Positions 1 to 9,691 of a DNA stretch of 64,000 bases are shown here, one piece after another; positions within the stretch are counted from its first letter, which is position 1, and each line of letters begins with the position of its first letter. The notes beneath the pieces were generated by a model. It worked only from the letters and a program-made list of their open reading frames with translations. It ran no database searches and was not told the DNA's origin. The position numbers and the translations under genes were made by a program. The DNA comes from Myxococcota bacterium (GTDB taxonomy: Bacteria; Myxococcota_A; SURF-8). The stretch is from NCBI GenBank assembly GCA_965140415.1, contig OZ223209.1:2752001-2816000 (forward strand), given 5' to 3'.

Positions 1-978
1 AACTTCATTGCGAAGTTGAGCCTGCCGAACAAGCAATTCCCAAAGTTGCTCGCGCATAGTTTCCGTCTCCCGAGTTCCAGGAAGCAGATGTGTTTTACGC
101 TGCTTCCGATCAAACCAGAACCGACCACTGCTATCCTGAGGTGATTCTGCCGCTGCCAGCCACTTAATAGTATCCGCTCCTTGTTCAGGTGTTCTTAAAA
201 TAGCTTTGGTGACTCTGTAGAAGGTGGGAATGGACGTCTTCACCGCAGGTGTATCCGCCCAGCCAGGATGCATGGCGTGAAAACGAATTGGTGTATCGGT
301 ATACTTTTCGGCCATAAGTTCGTTTACAATAACCATTGCGCGTTTGCTGTTCGCATACGCTCTGACTCCATCAAATACCCTCGTGTCCCAGTTTAGATCT
401 TCAAGATCAAGTTTCTGTGGGTACATTCCTCCAGAGCTGACATAGATGACTCTAGCTCTTTTGGCGTTTTTCAATTGGGGAAGCATCAGGTGGGTCATGA
501 GAAATGGTCCCAATATGTTTGTGGCCCATGTCAGTTCCAACCCGTCATTTGTCAAAATACGTTCCGAAGGCAAAACACCGGCATTGTGAATCATGATATC
601 GAGATGCGATTCGCTGTATCTATTCACAAATTCATGTATGGAACTGAGGGATGATACATCTACAACATGCAAGGTAAGATTGGCATCGTCAATTTCCGAA
701 CGGATTGTTTCGATAGCATCTAAACCTCGTCTTCTATTCCTGCACAACATGTGAACCCGAACTCCTCGACTGGCAAGAAAACGGGTGGTTGCAAACCCCA
801 TACCGCTATTGGCGCCTGTAACAACAGCCACCTGTCCTGAAAGATCTACGTTTAGATCCGATTCGCTGAAAGATAGTTTATGAAGAAGGAAGCCGGTTTT
901 ATCGAAACTGAATACGATCGTTTTATCAGTGAAAAAGGTGACCATTCGACCTGAATAATGCAACCATTTCGAAGACAT
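1..978 (-). CDS. Short-chain dehydrogenase/reductase (DHRS12/retinol dehydrogenase-like), 3' end runs off the window
   Basis: Not in the ORF track; translated by hand from ATG at 978: VAVVTGANSGMG Rossmann motif, YxxxK (YANSK) and HAMHPGWADTP. Confidence 0.85.
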   Translation of the reverse strand, partial: MSSKWLHYSGRMVTFFTDKTIVFSFDKTGFLLHKLSFSESDLNVDLSGQVAVVTGANSGMGFATTRFLASRGVRVHMLCRNRRRGLDAIETIRSEIDDANLTLHVVDVSSLSSIHEFVNRYSESHLDIMIHNAGVLPSERILTNDGLELTWATNILGPFLMTHLMLPQLKNAKRARVIYVSSGGMYPQKLDLEDLNWDTRVFDGVRAYANSKRAMVIVNELMAEKYTDTPIRFHAMHPGWADTPAVKTSIPTFYRVTKAILRTPEQGADTIKWLAAAESPQDSSGRFWFDRKQRKTHLLPGTRETETMREQLWELLVRQAQLRNEV

Positions 979-994
979 GGTTTTATTCCCTTCT

Positions 995-1627
995 CTAAAA
1001 GCCGAGGACAATAAGTAACCAGAAAATGAGGCTGCCGAGAAGTGGTACAGCAAAATTATCCCATTCACCACCAAACAACTCAACCATCGTAACCAGTAAC
1101 CCACCAGAAACCAATAGTTCCAGCGACAGCTCGGCTCTGAGCAAACTTCCAACTAGGTAAGCTGACCCAACTCCCGCAGAATAGAAAACGGTTGATCCCA
1201 AGAGTGTCTTGTCTGCATTAAACAAACGGATCTTCCCAAAGCTTATACCGGCGATCCTTGCTAGCGGATCTCCGATGGCGGCAAACATGGTAGCAGCCAG
1301 GGCCGCTGCTTTTGGAAAGCCTGCAAACAAATAGAGGAAATTGATGATAGTGGCGGCCATAATGAAATGGGTGATAGCACTAATTCGCGTTATCTCCTTT
1401 TTCCTGACCATGTTGAGCATGAATGAGGGGAGATTCTCTCTGACAATCTTCGATCGCGTCCGAAAATAATCTGCAACCGAGATGGTGATGCCCAGAATGA
1501 GTAGAACAATGGCTCCTGTGAAATCAGATAGATAGAAGTATATGATAGCCGATGTTGCGGCTATCATATGGAAACCAGCACGAGTAAGCTCCAGTCGGCG
1601 ATATTCAGGCATTATCAGGGACGCCAT
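995..1627 (-). CDS. CTP-dependent polyprenol/phytol/dolichol kinase-like membrane protein (SEC59/VTE5/DGK1 family)
   Basis: Multi-pass hydrophobic protein; ELTRAGFH, GDPLARIAGISFGK..KTLLGS and DNFAVP motifs. Confidence 0.75.
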   Translation of the reverse strand: MASLIMPEYRRLELTRAGFHMIAATSAIIYFYLSDFTGAIVLLILGITISVADYFRTRSKIVRENLPSFMLNMVRKKEITRISAITHFIMAATIINFLYLFAGFPKAAALAATMFAAIGDPLARIAGISFGKIRLFNADKTLLGSTVFYSAGVGSAYLVGSLLRAELSLELLVSGGLLVTMVELFGGEWDNFAVPLLGSLIFWLLIVLGF

Positions 1628-2748
1628 CTGCTTTGTAAATGTGATTGACCGACACCAAATTCGTTTTTAGCCGTCATTTCAACCAGCCTAGTATCAACAT
1701 CCTGCTGCATACAATCACCGATGAGATAGTCATACAGTTCAGTCTGGCCATTCAAAACAGCCAGGAAGAAAGCTGTCATGTATTTCTGCGTCAGCATGCG
1801 CGTGACGAAAGGATCGTCAGTGCCTTTAGGGCAGATGGCGCAAGCAAGACCACAATCGGGATCATCCACAAACGACATGTGGTTAGCTCCAAGCACGTCG
1901 ATTTGAATGGCCGGGCTTTCCGCATAGGTATAGTACTGTTGGAAGTTCTCGGCAGACGGGGCGCAGGAAAGAGAACCCTCTCCGCCATTGACTGTTTCAC
2001 CGAGAGCGACAAAGGGTATGGATATATCGGGCATCTTTTCGGGCGTTACCGAAGGGTAATCTTCGGGTTCATGATCAATCGGTGGTGCGCTATCTACCGG
2101 ATCAACCCCGAATATTGCTTTGGGACGCGGATCCTGGCTTGCGAGCAGAAATGAGAGCTTGCCACCCATGGAATGTCCGGCCAGACCAATAAGACTCTCA
2201 TCCACTTTGCCAGACAACTTCACGTTTTCCGAATCGGTAGCCCAGTCCAACAAAGCGGCCAGATAATCTGCTTGATCCTGATGCGTTTCCGGGTTTGAAA
2301 AACCTCCCGGCATCTGTGGCATGATAACGACAAATCCCCAAGAAGCAAGTCTCTCACCATAAGACAAGTACATATCGGGACTGGCCGAAAAGCCATGTGT
2401 GAAGACTACCAAAGGCATACGTTCACTGATTTCTGGTATCATCAACACAAGATCCAAAACCACGATTTGGTCAGTTTTCTCAATGGCGAGTTGATCGGTA
2501 TCCTGATTGAAAACATAGATCCCATTGACCGTGACATCTGGAATCGGGTTTTCATGATCATCAGCAAATTCGCGATCCCCATTTTCCTGAAAATCATTGT
2601 CGCCATCGACAGCAGCTTCTTCCTGGTCGAACTCTAAATTATCGATGTCTCCGTCGATCGGCGCTTCATTATTTTCATTATCGGTGCATGAACAAATCAA
2701 TAATGTAGCGACCACGGATATCGATAAGTTGACGATTAAGCGTTTCAC
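1615..2748 (-). CDS. Chlorophyllase-like alpha/beta hydrolase, probable lipoprotein
   Basis: Signal peptide with Cys; VVFTHGF, GHSMGGK nucleophile elbow, DPVD, CAP..ENF and NHMSFVDD motifs. Confidence 0.75.
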   Translation of the reverse strand: MKRLIVNLSISVVATLLICSCTDNENNEAPIDGDIDNLEFDQEEAAVDGDNDFQENGDREFADDHENPIPDVTVNGIYVFNQDTDQLAIEKTDQIVVLDLVLMIPEISERMPLVVFTHGFSASPDMYLSYGERLASWGFVVIMPQMPGGFSNPETHQDQADYLAALLDWATDSENVKLSGKVDESLIGLAGHSMGGKLSFLLASQDPRPKAIFGVDPVDSAPPIDHEPEDYPSVTPEKMPDISIPFVALGETVNGGEGSLSCAPSAENFQQYYTYAESPAIQIDVLGANHMSFVDDPDCGLACAICPKGTDDPFVTRMLTQKYMTAFFLAVLNGQTELYDYLIGDCMQQDVDTRLVEMTAKNEFGVGQSHLQSRWRP

Positions 2749-3007
2749 TAGGTCCTCCTGGGAGCCGATAAGGGCGGACGATCAAAGGATCAATGCTCTA
2801 TAGCCAATATAAACTCAGTATTATCGGGTAGATCTATTAAGATATCAAACAATTCCGACCGAATAAAAACTCCAGTAATAGTAGATATCAATCCCTGTTG
2901 TCGATTTGCCGTCAGCCTGACCCGTTTGAGAGACCGCTCTGTCTCCCGGTTAGGGTCCCCTATGGTCTGATTTAAGCTCTACCGGTATCCGAGCTGGAAC
3001 GACTCCC

Positions 3008-3209
3008 CGCGCTCCACTGCTCCACCGATTTCGATGGTATAGCGTGTAAACAACCGCGGGAAGAGAACATTATCTTCATTACCTCCACAAAAGACATACC
3101 CTTATTTTGTGGAGTAGTGGAGCGTATAAGGTCTTTCCCGCGTAAGATTAGTTACTTAACTCGTTCCACCACGCGCTCCACCGCTCCACCGGATGGGCTT
3201 CCCGCGTAA
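3008..3209. repeat. Iteron-like cluster of GCTCCAC/GTGGAG direct and inverted repeats
   Basis: CGCGCTCCACYGCTCCACCG at 3008-3027 and 3172-3191; inverted GTGGAGTAGTGGAGCG at 3109-3124; CTCCACAAAA/TTTTGTGGAG inverted pair at 3083-3114; TTCCCGCGTAA at 3135 and 3199. Confidence 0.75.
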
Positions 3210-3373
3210 CAGTCCAGACGATCGGAATGGATCGGCACCGGATGAGGAAAACGTGTTCCGCCTAAACCACCTAAAAGAAGAAGCGCAAGGGCTCCTTCTC
3301 CGCCGCTTTGCGCGGCTTGGGGATGGATGGTGGGATCGGGTGGAAGGAAATACCGCTATTACGCTTACGAGAA

Positions 3374-3574
3374 CTAGCGCTTGGTGAACTTCCGGATCAG
3401 CAACTCCGCTCCGAGCTTGACACCTTCGGTCGCGGCCAGGGCCAGGAGAGTGACCAGAATGTCAACCTGACCCTTGCTGGCCTTAGTCGTAACGGGGTTT
3501 GTGGCGCGATCGACGCCTTCTGGGGCGGGGATGGCCTTCGGTTTCGTGTCGTTCATGTCCATCGGCTCCTCCAT
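3374..3574 (-). CDS. Small hypothetical protein with a C-terminal hydrophobic helix
   Basis: 66-aa ORF abutting the ThiF stop codon; GGAGG RBS ahead of the internal Met codons. Confidence 0.55.
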   Translation of the reverse strand: MEEPMDMNDTKPKAIPAPEGVDRATNPVTTKASKGQVDILVTLLALAATEGVKLGAELLIRKFTKR

Positions 3575-4284
3575 CAGCTTTCGCTTACGAGAACTACGGC
3601 CGAGCAGTCCACGACGATCTTGCGCGGGAGCGGCTGCCCCAGCGCGTGTTTCTTCACCAGGATGGCCACCAGCGCGCCGGTGAGCATACTGTTGTTGATC
3701 ACCGCTCGCGCCGTGCAGGGCAGCTGCATGGACTCCTCCGCCGGGTGCAGCGTATCCTCGTAAGCTTGCGCGCCCATTAGGTCGCCGTGGGACTTGGCGG
3801 TGTAGATCACGATGTACTCGCCGCCCTGACGCGGATCAATGACGGTGATCGGTTTCGAGCGTGTGCCTTGCGCCTTTGCCTGTTCCCAGATCGTCCGGCG
3901 AGCCGCCATGTTGTCCACGCAAGAGATGACCAGGCGCTTGCGCTCGTCACGACCGAGGGGCTGGTTGGTATATCGCTGGCGGAACTGGCCAGGCAAAAGA
4001 CCGGTGACGCGGTAGACCTCGACGCCCAGCGCCACAGCCTTGGGATGGCCCAGGTATTCCGCGCCGAAGAGTTGATTGGGTTGGTTGTGCGGCTCGACCG
4101 TGTCGTCGTCGTAGATATTCAAATCAGTGCAACCCATCTTGGCCAGCGCCAGGGCGGTGTAGGAGCCGGAAGCACCGGCGCCGATGATGGTGATGGGGAC
4201 GTCGAGCTTGTCCGGGTGGATGATATCGAGCTGGCTGTGAAACTGGGTGTCGAGGGTCGTGCGGTCCATGTTGTTTCGGTCCAT
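3574..4284 (-). CDS. ThiF/E1-like ubiquitin-activating adenylyltransferase
   Basis: IIGAGASGS, DDDTVEPHNQPNQ, GHPKA, SCVDNMAARR and DPRQGG motifs; candidate catalytic Cys in LPCTARA; start moved to ATG 4284, which follows AAGGAG. Confidence 0.88.
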   Translation of the reverse strand: MDRNNMDRTTLDTQFHSQLDIIHPDKLDVPITIIGAGASGSYTALALAKMGCTDLNIYDDDTVEPHNQPNQLFGAEYLGHPKAVALGVEVYRVTGLLPGQFRQRYTNQPLGRDERKRLVISCVDNMAARRTIWEQAKAQGTRSKPITVIDPRQGGEYIVIYTAKSHGDLMGAQAYEDTLHPAEESMQLPCTARAVINNSMLTGALVAILVKKHALGQPLPRKIVVDCSAVVLVSES

Positions 4285-4429
4285 ACTCGCTCCTTTCATG
4301 CTCCTTTCATGTAAGCTGTTGATTTGGTAAGGTTATTTCGCTATACTAAGCGATGTTGCTTTTCGACGTTTGATATGTTCCTTAGTGTGAAGAGGTTGAT
4401 TCCAGAGAAACGATAGGAGCGGAACGAAC

Positions 4430-6103
4430 ATGCGTATTTTAGCTTCAATTATTGTCCTGCTCAGTCTGACGATAAGTATGCAGGCGGTAGCAGATGAAGA
4501 TGTTGGTAATATCGCCATTGTCGAGGATTGGGATAACTCGATCCTGGTTTTTCCGACTTCAAATATGCCCAACGTCTTTTTAGCCAAAGTCGCCTGTCTA
4601 TTTTATCAGACGCACCAGGATCAATACGATGCTTTATTCGTATTCAACACTGCAATCTCTAATACACAACAAGGCTGGACCGTACGCAGTTTCACAGAAG
4701 GGATCGGCAAGCAGATATTCGATGGCACGACCACCTTCTGCGCCAATAACGGCCGCTTGCGGATCACCGTGAACATGGGTAACATCAGCACGTTGCCCTT
4801 TTCACCGGATGAAAGGGCCAATATCATACTCGGCTACCCCCTGACGGGAATTGAACTGCAGTGCCATGAGTTCGGGCATCACTGGTTGGCTTCCGTCAAT
4901 TATGACAAAGGCAGCGGCAGAGAATGCATGCTGCGAGGCTACGAACCCATTTTGGACCCCTTGCCTGGGGATCCCATGTGCAGCGGCGTTTATCTGAAAG
5001 ACTTCAACCAGCACTGGTCGAACAATTTCAATTCTTGTTCACTCATGTATGGCAGTTGCATCGAGGATCTTGGGGGAGGAAATTTCCGCTATACCTATGA
5101 CAATGTGAAATACAGTCAGTTGGATCAATACCTTATGGGTTTGCGCACCAAGGATGAAGTGGATCCCATGTTTTTAGTGGATACTGGTGAACTTTCTGGG
5201 ACGGGGGCATTGCCCATGCAGCATGGTTCCAGTCAGAACCATACCGGCGTACGCGTCGATCTTACCATTGATGACATCATCCGTGAAGAAGGTGAACGTA
5301 ACCCTCCATCCGATATGTGCCACTGGAAGGCGGCTTTTATTCTGGTGCACCCGGCTGGCCAACCGCCGACTCCGAATCAGATTCAGGCGGTGGACAATTA
5401 CCGTTTACGTATAGAAAGCTACTACCCATACGCAACCGATACTCGCGGCAGTTTCGACACCCGGCTTGACGGATGCGGTAGTGGAACGGATGCATGCCCG
5501 GGCGATCCCTCTCCACAATGTGGTGCGCTACCGGACGGAGACGCTGATGCCCCCGCTGATGGCGATGTGGATTGTACCTTCAACACTTTCCGCTGTTCCG
5601 ATACTGGGGCGGTCGAAATTTGTAACCCACAGGGTGAATGGCAACACCTGATGGATTGTGATCCTGGAATGCAATGCCTGGATGGCGAATGTATCCTGAA
5701 AGAGGATGGGGACATCTCCGATCAAGACGGTGATGAATCCTCCGATGGAGATACTGTGGATGATGTGGTTGATGGTGATGAATCCGCTTCGTACTGCACC
5801 TACAGCGAGACCCGCTGCATTGAGGGTACATTTGAGGAATGCAGTCGCCGCGGTGAGTGGCGCCTTGCAGAAGACTGCGAAGCAAAAGGTATGATTTGTC
5901 GGTCCGGTGAAGGTTGTGTAGACCAAGGTGGTCTTCCAATCGATGGCGATGGAAATGATTCTTCTTCAGTCGGTCAGGAAAATGGGTCTGAAGTGGGTTG
6001 TACAACTACGGAAGCACCTTCCATGCTCCTGTTAGCTTGTCTGATGATGTTGTGGGCAAGGAGAAGAACGTCCGTGTACGGCAGGGTTCCGTTCATCGGT
6101 TGA
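4430..6103 (+). CDS. Secreted HEXXH zinc metalloprotease-like protein with Cys-rich/DGD repeats and a MYXO-CTERM-like tail
   Basis: Signal peptide; HEFGHHW; C-terminal GC-x-hydrophobic-RRR. Confidence 0.7.
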   Translation: MRILASIIVLLSLTISMQAVADEDVGNIAIVEDWDNSILVFPTSNMPNVFLAKVACLFYQTHQDQYDALFVFNTAISNTQQGWTVRSFTEGIGKQIFDGTTTFCANNGRLRITVNMGNISTLPFSPDERANIILGYPLTGIELQCHEFGHHWLASVNYDKGSGRECMLRGYEPILDPLPGDPMCSGVYLKDFNQHWSNNFNSCSLMYGSCIEDLGGGNFRYTYDNVKYSQLDQYLMGLRTKDEVDPMFLVDTGELSGTGALPMQHGSSQNHTGVRVDLTIDDIIREEGERNPPSDMCHWKAAFILVHPAGQPPTPNQIQAVDNYRLRIESYYPYATDTRGSFDTRLDGCGSGTDACPGDPSPQCGALPDGDADAPADGDVDCTFNTFRCSDTGAVEICNPQGEWQHLMDCDPGMQCLDGECILKEDGDISDQDGDESSDGDTVDDVVDGDESASYCTYSETRCIEGTFEECSRRGEWRLAEDCEAKGMICRSGEGCVDQGGLPIDGDGNDSSSVGQENGSEVGCTTTEAPSMLLLACLMMLWARRRTSVYGRVPFIG

Positions 6104-6446
6104 TCTGTCGGATCTCCGGGATCTGGGAGAGCGGCGTGGGTGTGAAGTGGATGTCCCGTTCGATGGCCTGTAGGCCGGGAATGTGCTGGCCGTTGATGCG
6201 GGCTTCCAGGGATTCGAGTTCGGAGAGGCTGAAGTAGCCGAGTTCGCCGCAGCCGGGAAGGATCTCGGCCCAACCGAAACAGGTATCGCCGCCGCCGTGG
6301 TCGAACTCGGTCAGGTACCAGACGCCGTTGGAGGAATAGGCGCTGAAGAAGCGCAGATGCGCGATGGCGTCCATGCCTTTGCCGTCCTGGGCGTACAGGG
6401 GCGGTATCGCCTTGCGAATGGACTGGGGGAGTAGCTTCTGTTTCAT
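6093..6446 (-). CDS. DUF2958-like protein typical of mobile elements
   Basis: IPPLYAQD, WYLTEFD, FGWAE, ELGYFSLSELE and IERDIHF motifs; AGGAGG RBS. Confidence 0.8.
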   Translation of the reverse strand: MKQKLLPQSIRKAIPPLYAQDGKGMDAIAHLRFFSAYSSNGVWYLTEFDHGGGDTCFGWAEILPGCGELGYFSLSELESLEARINGQHIPGLQAIERDIHFTPTPLSQIPEIRQINR

Positions 6447-6637
6447 GGGTTAGCCTCCTTGTTGGTAGGGAAATGGGCGCTCCTGTCCGGGGCATCCGGA
6501 GTGGATAGCTGGACAGGTGGCTGGGATGAGAAGGGAAAGTCAGGCAAGAATGCGCTGTCTTCTTCTATACTTATAGCATATCTGAGAGTGGTTTTTCAGA
6601 TTTGGAAAAATGGAGTTTGTGACATCGCTAGAAGTGG

Positions 6638-9600
6638 TCACCTATCCAGCACTTCTCGCACCTTCTTGGCAAGAGCTTGAGGCGTGTACGGCTTACCGAT
6701 GAAGTTCAGACCTTCGTCCAACACACCGTGATGGGCGATCACGTTTTCCGTGTAACCGGAAGTAAACAATACCGTAAGGCTCGGATGCTCGGCCTTGAGC
6801 TTATCTGCCAATTCCTTCCCGTTCATCTTCGGCATGATGATATCTGTCATTAACAAATCGACAGTCAGATTTTCCTTTTTGAACAGCGTGAGTGCATCGA
6901 TGCCGGATTCAGCACAATGGACCTTATAACCTTGTCGGTCCAAGACTTTGGCGGCGATGTTTCTTACCAGACGTTCGTCCTCGACGACCAGCACCGTTTC
7001 CGTGCCTCTGGGTAAATCGTCAAACGTTACGATTCTGTTAATGCTTTCCGCTTTGGCTTCGATTCTTGGGAAGTACACTTTAAAAGTAGTTCCTTCACCC
7101 GGCTCGGAATAGACTTCTATGTGACCGTTGTTTTGTTTGACAGCACCATAAACCGTCGCTAATCCAAGTCCGGTGCCTTTATCTTTTGGTTTTGTCGTGA
7201 AGAAGGGTTCGAACAATCTGGAACGAACATCTTCCGCCATGCCGATGCCATCGTCGGACACGGCCAACATCACATACTCGCCGGGTGTTACATTTGCTCG
7301 TGTGCTGCAGTAAGTTTCGTCCAGGATCACGGAATCTGTTTCCAATGTTAAATTGCCACCGTCTATCATGGCGTCACGAGCATTGACAGCCAGATTGATA
7401 AGAATCTGCTCCAGCTGTCCCTGGTCGACTTTTACCTGCCCTAGCATCTTTTCTGGTCGGAACTTCAGGTTGATATCCTCACCGATTATCCGCCTCAGCA
7501 TTTTGAAGGAGTGATCGATGACACGGTTAAGATCAAGCACCTTTGGACTGATCAACTGTTTTCTTGAGAATGCCAGAAGCTGTTGGGTGAGGTGGGCGGC
7601 GCTGTCCGCAGCCTGATTGATTTGTTCCAAAGTATCCCTCAATGGATCATCGTTGGGAAGGTCCATCAAAGTCAAAGCTACATTACCAGTGATACCTGTC
7701 AACAGATTGTTGAAATCGTGCGCCACTCCGCCTGCCAGACGTCCGATAGATTCCATTTTCTGCGATTGCAGCAACTGATCTTGAAGCCGGGTTCTTTCCG
7801 CCTCATGTCGTTTGCGATCGCTGATATCGCGCGCCACTCCCCAAAGATAGACAGGACTGCCATCATCCCCGGTTACCGCATAGGATTGAAGTTCGACAGG
7901 GAAGATTTCGCCGTTCTTTCGTTGGTATTCTTTCTCGTAGGTTTCGGAATAGCCCTTCTGAAGCAGACGTTTTTTCCATATTTCGTCGTTTTCCCACTCG
8001 CGCCATCGTTCAGGCGTAATTTCATAGAAATCCTTCAAAGCTCGAAGTTCTTCGAGAGTATATCCCAACATTTTGCAGAATGCCTGGTTGGCATCGATAA
8101 ACGCCCCCTTTTTGTCAACCATGACGAAACCATCGCGGCTGCCTTCGAAGATCTCTCGATAACGCTCCTCCGTTTGACGAATAAGCGCCAGGTTCCTGCT
8201 ATTGTTCAGGGCCATAGCCGCTAGTTGCCCCAAGGCAGCGGCGATACGCTTGTTCTCCTCGGAAAAATCTCCGTCTTTATTTGCCAATCCCATAATGCCA
8301 ACGACCACACCTTTTATCGTCAAGGGGGCAAACATTACGTTTCGTAAATCGACATGCCCCGATGGCATGAAATTCACCCACTCGCTATTCATGAAATCAT
8401 TGTCGCAGACGCACTCACCGCTTCGATAGGCCTCGGCCCGTAACCCACGGATCGGCATGGGTAGACTTTCATCCACCGTGCAGGGCATTCCTCCCGCCTC
8501 GAGAAAGAGTACTTCGTTCTCCGCACCGTCTTCGCTCAACAGGGCCACGTAGCCTGATTGCGCACCAGTAAGATTACGAGCGATGTCGAATATTTTCCTT
8601 GCCGTGATTTCGAATGCGTTGTTTTCGAGGACATGTTTTGCCGCTTCTAACAATAACTCCAGTTCGTTGGATCGAGCTTGTTCCACGTTCAGAGCTCGTT
8701 CGCGCTCTTCTTCCGCTCTTTTCTTATCCGTGATATCTTGACCGACACCCTGAATATATGTGATGGTTTGGTTTTCGTCGAAAAAAGCCCGGTTGATCCA
8801 TGATTGCCAGCGAACTTCCCCTTCCTGATCGACTAGTTGCTGTTCGTGAGTCATCATAGGCTGTTCTGGTGAAACTCCCTTCAATCCATCGTGAAGCTGT
8901 TTGGTCATTTCTTCTGGTAGAAAGGAAAACAGGTTTTTCCCTGCAAGATCTTCTGCGTTCATTCCAGTGAATTCAGCCAGGTGAGAATTGACATAGGTAA
9001 GGGTGCCATCCGGCTTGAAAACGGAAATGTACACCGGCATATCCTCCGACAACCGCCGGTAGCGTTGCTCGCTTTCTTTTCGAAGTTCCTCCTCCGTGAT
9101 CTGTTCAGTGATATCGCTGACGGTGATCAGAAGCTTTCGATTCTTCGGATGATCCGTTTCTTCGTCCAACTGATTCGATGACAGGGTTTCCAGACGTGTT
9201 ATAAGCGGATCTCTCCGCCCCGCCTTGAAACGCACCACCAGGCTTTTCCCATCAGGATTTTTTATCAAACTGCTATAACGCGCCCGGAAAATCGACTGAT
9301 CCTCCGAAACCAGATAGTCGGCAAAAGCCTTATCGAGCAGGTCGGTTTTGTCTTTGTTGAGCATCCCGGCAAATGCACTGCTGACTTCTTTGATCAATCC
9401 GCCCGATTCCAAAACCACGTATCCGATGGGAGCGTAGTGAAAGAGGTTTGTATACTTTTGCCGGGTTCGTTCCAGTTCTTCCTGGGTCCGTCGCAATTCC
9501 TCATTCTGTAGTTCAAGCTCGATTTCATGGATCTGCAGTTCTTGAAGAACATTCCGAAGTTCTTTGGGATCCATATTCTCGAAGCGATTCGAACGAGGTT

Positions 9601-9658
9601 CAGCCAGCCGCTCTGCTCGCTTTCTCAAATCTTCATTTTTCTTTTCTTCATATGTCAT
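6638..9658 (-). CDS. PAS/GAF hybrid sensor histidine kinase with receiver domain
   Basis: GGVAHDFNNLL H-box, NLAVNARDAM, FEPFFTTK..GTGLGL, receiver TDIIMP. Confidence 0.93.
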   Translation of the reverse strand: MTYEEKKNEDLRKRAERLAEPRSNRFENMDPKELRNVLQELQIHEIELELQNEELRRTQEELERTRQKYTNLFHYAPIGYVVLESGGLIKEVSSAFAGMLNKDKTDLLDKAFADYLVSEDQSIFRARYSSLIKNPDGKSLVVRFKAGRRDPLITRLETLSSNQLDEETDHPKNRKLLITVSDITEQITEEELRKESEQRYRRLSEDMPVYISVFKPDGTLTYVNSHLAEFTGMNAEDLAGKNLFSFLPEEMTKQLHDGLKGVSPEQPMMTHEQQLVDQEGEVRWQSWINRAFFDENQTITYIQGVGQDITDKKRAEEERERALNVEQARSNELELLLEAAKHVLENNAFEITARKIFDIARNLTGAQSGYVALLSEDGAENEVLFLEAGGMPCTVDESLPMPIRGLRAEAYRSGECVCDNDFMNSEWVNFMPSGHVDLRNVMFAPLTIKGVVVGIMGLANKDGDFSEENKRIAAALGQLAAMALNNSRNLALIRQTEERYREIFEGSRDGFVMVDKKGAFIDANQAFCKMLGYTLEELRALKDFYEITPERWREWENDEIWKKRLLQKGYSETYEKEYQRKNGEIFPVELQSYAVTGDDGSPVYLWGVARDISDRKRHEAERTRLQDQLLQSQKMESIGRLAGGVAHDFNNLLTGITGNVALTLMDLPNDDPLRDTLEQINQAADSAAHLTQQLLAFSRKQLISPKVLDLNRVIDHSFKMLRRIIGEDINLKFRPEKMLGQVKVDQGQLEQILINLAVNARDAMIDGGNLTLETDSVILDETYCSTRANVTPGEYVMLAVSDDGIGMAEDVRSRLFEPFFTTKPKDKGTGLGLATVYGAVKQNNGHIEVYSEPGEGTTFKVYFPRIEAKAESINRIVTFDDLPRGTETVLVVEDERLVRNIAAKVLDRQGYKVHCAESGIDALTLFKKENLTVDLLMTDIIMPKMNGKELADKLKAEHPSLTVLFTSGYTENVIAHHGVLDEGLNFIGKPYTPQALAKKVREVLDR

Positions 9659-9691
9659 GACAAACCATTTCCCTCAGATAATGAAGAAGCA

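Noticed and set aside
4262-4310. Short tandem duplications at the ThiF start (GCTCCTTTCAT twice; CGGTCCAT twice)
   Set aside because: Real but only 8-11 bp; they duplicate RBS/start signals, and no further function can be supported.
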